A DNA stretch of 63,048 bases, the filler included, from Vannella sp. (lineage: Eukaryota): assembly GCA_023345925.1 (NCBI GenBank). It is 8 parts of 8 records of this genome, joined end to end, with 100 filler letters (N's around TTAATTAATTAA, not from the genome) between each part and the next. Parts side by side here need not be neighbours in the genome. Positions count along the whole stretch, not along the records: positions 57,362 to 63,048 come from JAJQQN010000981.1; 7 more parts are not named here. The stretch is one strand, 5' to 3'. The position numbers and the translations under genes were made by a program. The first letter of the stretch is position 1; each line of letters begins with the position of its first letter. Shown piece after piece: positions 58,750 through 63,048 of the stretch. The notes under the pieces were generated by a model that saw nothing but the letters and a program-made list of their open reading frames with translations, was not told where the DNA came from and did no database searches.

Positions 58750-61700
58750 TTAGCCTCTGGGAGTCTTGGGAGTCTTCTTCTTACTTCTTGATAGCCCGGA
58801 GGGGCGAGGACTGAGAAGAGTGTTGCGTTTACGTAGTACCATTGGAGAAGCGGTTGCTTCATCCGATGGAAGAGCGACTATGATGGGAGCCGGTGGGGCA
58901 TGGTAAGAGATTGACTGCTGCTCCAGCTGATGAGCTTCTGCCTGCCGAGCAACCTGAGCCTCAGTGGCAAAGGAGTGAAGAAGTCGTTGAGTATCTTCTT
59001 CAAAGATGAGCTCTTGCCCAATAGCGATAACATCACTGGTTTCCACCAGCAAAGGAGAGAAGTGCTCTACTGAAGGGTCCACCACAGGAGTGAGCGTTGC
59101 AATCTGAGGTGCCACAGGCTCCCCTTGGAGAGCACCACACTTTGGCTTCAGCTGCTCCAACAAGGACTCTAACGTGAGAATGATTTTGTCCTTATTCTCA
59201 TCCACAGAGAGCCAAGGAGCTCGGGCCGACTCAAAACGGTCGAGAATGCGAGCCAGAGTGGTTGGATTGGGGAGCATCGCGAACTGATAGTTCTCTAACT
59301 TCTTTGATACCTGAACAGCAGTGTTCAACACCGAGAATAGGACTTGCCAGTCATCAGCAGCAATCAAATTCAACAAACTGTGGAAGATGGCAAAGGCTTG
59401 ACGCCGGACTGGAGAGTTCTCAATATCCACATTGACCAGCAGTGCCGCAAAGATCTGCATCCAGCGCTTCTGGAAGGTCAGTGGGGCTTATGTTTCGAGT
59501 TAGTAGGATTCAAACACATTTAAAGGCAGCTTACCAAAACAAACGTAAGTTCTGAGGAGCGAGAAGGTCCGGAGCTCGTGGTTCTTGATAAGATACTTAT
59601 GCAAAGGTCCTGCTAGCTCTTGAAGGAAGACAGATGCATCATTGTACTCTCCTTCAAGATAATTGCTAAGCACAGGAGTGATCCCATCCCATCCCTGCTC
59701 CTTTGACATGGCGAGAATGTTCTTCGCAACACGGATTGTCTCTTCCTGGGCCTCCTCGTCCGTATTCATGATGTTCTCCAACAAGAAAGGCAGCAAGGGA
59801 ATAACGTTATCAAGGAATCGGGTTTCCTTGCTATCAATCAATCCAGGGCAATCAATCGTCAAGAACTCGGTGAGAAGAGCTCGCGCGTTAATTTCAACTT
59901 TCTCAGAAGTTATGCCTTTCATCACTAGTGGCTGGATTCCTGTGAAGGGCGCTGCCCAAGCACCTGGAGGAGCACCGATCATGGCATCCATAAACTGCTC
60001 ATTGTCAAAGTCAAATTGCTGCAAGATAACCGCTAAGAGGTCCAGAGATAGCCAATACTCGGCCTCACAATCGCTTTGCAGGAAGCTGAGGATGGCCCAC
60101 CATAGTTGAGGCAATTGTGCCAATGACTGAGGAGTGACAGTGGCGGCCAAGCTATGAAGAGTGCTGAGAGCCTCAAACATCACCGCTCGAGAGCCAGAGG
60201 CATCTCTTGTTGCCAAATGTCGCCAGACACAGTGTAAAATGTGATAAAGGGCCTCAGGAGACATCGACACGGACATGATTCGGAAGATCTGAAGAGAGCG
60301 GCTGATGTAATGAGCCCAAAGAGCCTTATTACTCCAACGCAAAGCAAACGCAGCTACTTTGGCTGGCAGTAGAGAATCGAAGCCTTTTAAGGCATTAATG
60401 TACTCTGATACAAACTTATACAAAGCATCGCTTTCGTTCCCCACTAAGTGGCCATCGTGGCAGAGATACTCGGTCTTTCTCCAAAGAGGCTCGGTGGTTT
60501 CAGTTAATTGCGAAGTCAGTTCCGTCAACTTAAGGTAGGCAGAGCTCCCCAGTGAGGCAAAGAGCACATTGGCCAGAGCTACTTTGGCATAGCGAACGAC
60601 TTTCTTGTTGCTACTGTCCAGAGCGAGGAATGTCATGAACAGGAGCTGAGCCAGGTGGGGGCTGACATGCTCAAAGCACTCTTGGATTAACTCTGTCAAC
60701 AAGATGATCGCCACATTGCTTCGAGACAGAGTGGGAAGGCGCAAGGCAGTTGGGAACATAAAGCAGAAGTCTTTCGCCCAATTAGACGGCATCTTTGCCT
60801 GAGCCATTATCGAAAGCTCGTTCATCTCGTCCTCCATTTCCTGGCTTATAACTTGGCCGACCTTTTCAGTCAATGTCAACTCAAAGACAAGCTTGTCGAC
60901 GACAGCTTGGGACTGTGCCCGCGATACCAGAAGAACGACTTTACAAGCGGTTTCAACTAGACTGTTTCCACGCCGGTTGACGCAGAGAGAAACCAAATAG
61001 TTGACAATCGCAACCGCGTTGACTTCTGAATGTGACAAACAAACCCACGCAGCTTCTACTCGTCCAGTGAACTCTTCACCATACTTCAGGGTCACCACCA
61101 GAAGGCGCTCAAGGAAGCAGCAAACCGCCTTTTCATCTTTGGCAGAAGGCGATAGGTCCACATTAATCAAGAAGGACTCCATAATGTGCAAGAAACGCTC
61201 TCTGGAAGGCCCATCGACGTCACGGAACCGAATGAAAGCGTTCTCTAAGAAATCAGACGAGATAGAAGGATGCTGACGAGCTATTTGCTTTGCCACTTTG
61301 ACTTGGGATTGGTAGTAACAATCGAACACTCCCGTATTCTGCATGAGTGTGTACTCTCCAGGGAAGTGCTCTTCAATCAACGCGCTCATCAAAGAAGTTG
61401 CCGCTTTACGAACACGCTCAACAGAGTCACCCATCTTGTGCAAAGCCAGGCAGAGCAAAACGTGAGGGTAAATAGGAATCTTACCACGAAGATACGAGTC
61501 TACCAAGGTGTAGAATGTCCACGAAGCTACTTTGTGCTGGCTACTGTAGCAAAAGTCCACTACCCTTGAGAATAAAGGACCTCTTAATGGCTTGTTACTC
61601 CTCAAGATGTTGACCAAAGCCTCCTGAGCAAACTGCTTCATCTGTACCCACGAGATGAGCCACTTTCAATGCGACTTGACCACTTACTACTTCCTGGTCC

Positions 61701-63048
61701 GCTTGGAAGACATTGGAGATCCAGTGGAACTTCCGGTCCTCTTCATCCGCTTCATTCGCTCCAAAGCAGAGAGCTGCGATAGCCTGACCAGCCGCCTCTT
61801 GAACACTAATTGCTTGGCGCTCAAAGATCTCTGGGCTGCTTTCAGCAAGAGAGGTATCGTCTTGCTCCGTTCGAGCTTTGTAAGAGGCAAGGAATTGTTT
61901 CCGATCCTTGGTCTTTTGGACCTCATTGAGCGAGTTTCCATTGTCTGGGTAACCGCTGCAAGTCAACAGAAAAGAGAAGGTGCTTTGAAAGAGACTTGAA
62001 TCCAATTCGGAACGACAGCGAGGCCCATGTTCCTTTACAATGTCACGGTAAATGTGAACAATGTACAAACAGAGATTGTATCTCCAATACATTATCTCTA
62101 TCACATTGTCTGTTGTTGATGCTATCTCAGGTACTCGGTCTAGCTGATGCTCAAGATAGGAAAGATGGTGAGTGAGATTGCCCTTCACTGCGTACAAGTA
62201 CCCTGGCATGCGGTTAACGGAGATAACTCGATAAGCGTATGAGAGCATTATTGCGTTCTGCTGCTTGAGGGCACGTTTACCCTTCTCTTCATCAAAGGCT
62301 GAACGATTGTAATTTCCAAGCTCTGTCACAAAGCTATCGACAGCCATTGGAGGGAGAAAGCTGATGGCATCTTGTGCTTCCGAAGTAATTAGGAAGTGAT
62401 TAGACTTGAGGGCAGGTATGATCTCTCGGAATAGCTCTCGGGCGGACTGTATTGTCTGCTCTCCTCCAGCAGTCTCAAAGATTGAGGTATCGTTGACAGC
62501 AGAGCATCCCACTGCAACATGGATATAATTGCTCCATAAGGTGAGCTGCTCCTCAAAAAGGGGGCTATTTTCAGCCCTCAAAGATTCCATAGTATGCTGC
62601 ACTGGAATGACTCGCTCTTTGATGCATTTCCAAAGCTCTTTGGCTGTTTCCATACATTCTTCGCTTGCAAGATCTGCAATGCCAGCTAGGATTCGGGACC
62701 AACGCGATTGCAATACGTTGCAGCGACCTTGTTTTTCTTTCTCCAATGATAAGAGAATCTGGTCTAAGTTGGGGACTAACAAAGGGGGCTTTGTCGTAAA
62801 CTCCGCCGATGCCACAACACCAGGTGCTATGAAGCTTCTCCGGATGATAACTGGCGCTTTACGGAGGAGCAGAGGGTAAATACTGGGTGTCAGATCACCC
62901 ATTCCCTCGTAAAACGCATGAAGAGCGGTCGCAGTCTTGAGTATTTCCGAGCCAGATTGGCGAGTATGAACCAAAGGACTGCACATGTAAAGGATTCCTA
63001 ATGCATCAAGCTGGGCAAAGTTGACTTCTGGAGTCTCCGGCTGAACTT
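58750..63048 (-). CDS. FRY: Furry/Mor2/Tao3 cell-morphogenesis HEAT protein, C-terminal part (5' truncated)
   Basis: LCLALHKMGD...VRKAA, ISRSLQIFR, PQLWWAILSFLQSDCEAEYWLSLDLL, FTGIQPLVMKG match the MOR2-PAG1 mid and C-terminal pattern. Two short introns join three long ORFs. Confidence 0.85.

Overview
This window is not one locus. It is eight short genomic contigs joined by artificial 100-nt spacers (N44-TTAATTAATTAA-N44), so gene neighbourhoods across spacers are meaningless. The DNA is from a very gene-dense eukaryote with intergenic gaps often 50-130 nt, many short (about 45-65 nt) GT-AG introns and the standard genetic code. An amoebozoan-like protist is inferred from a WDVAGHE-type Rab32 and Zizimin-type DOCK GEFs. 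Recognisable core genes: PQ-loop protein, NDUFA12, LRMDA-like LRR protein, OXR1-like LysM/TLDc protein, enolase, SUMO, SFR1/Mei5-like, Rab32, a GBBH-type dioxygenase, M1 aminopeptidase, TTI2, cyclin C, SLC25A39/40-type carrier, two DOCK GEFs, NOC4L, MED14, OSGEP/Kae1, a KNL1/Spc105-like protein, a C2-TKL kinase and Furry/Mor2. The most notable observations are: (1) an intron-containing, Bacteroidota-style MurQ (peptidoglycan-sugar etherase); (2) an intronless Crinkler/RHS-type NTPase + PD-(D/E)xK nuclease; (3) an FHA-SPRY-like-RBR E3 ligase fusion; (4) a dispersed foldback/MITE family with four pieces in the window; (5) 3' splice sites apparently set at a fixed 12-15 nt from the branch point; (6) a divergent KNL1 repeat code; (7) an interstitial (CCCTAAA)3 telomeric tract after a decayed RhoGAP; (8) apparent frameshifts that fall exactly at stop codons. 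All family assignments come from motif recognition by eye; no searches were run.
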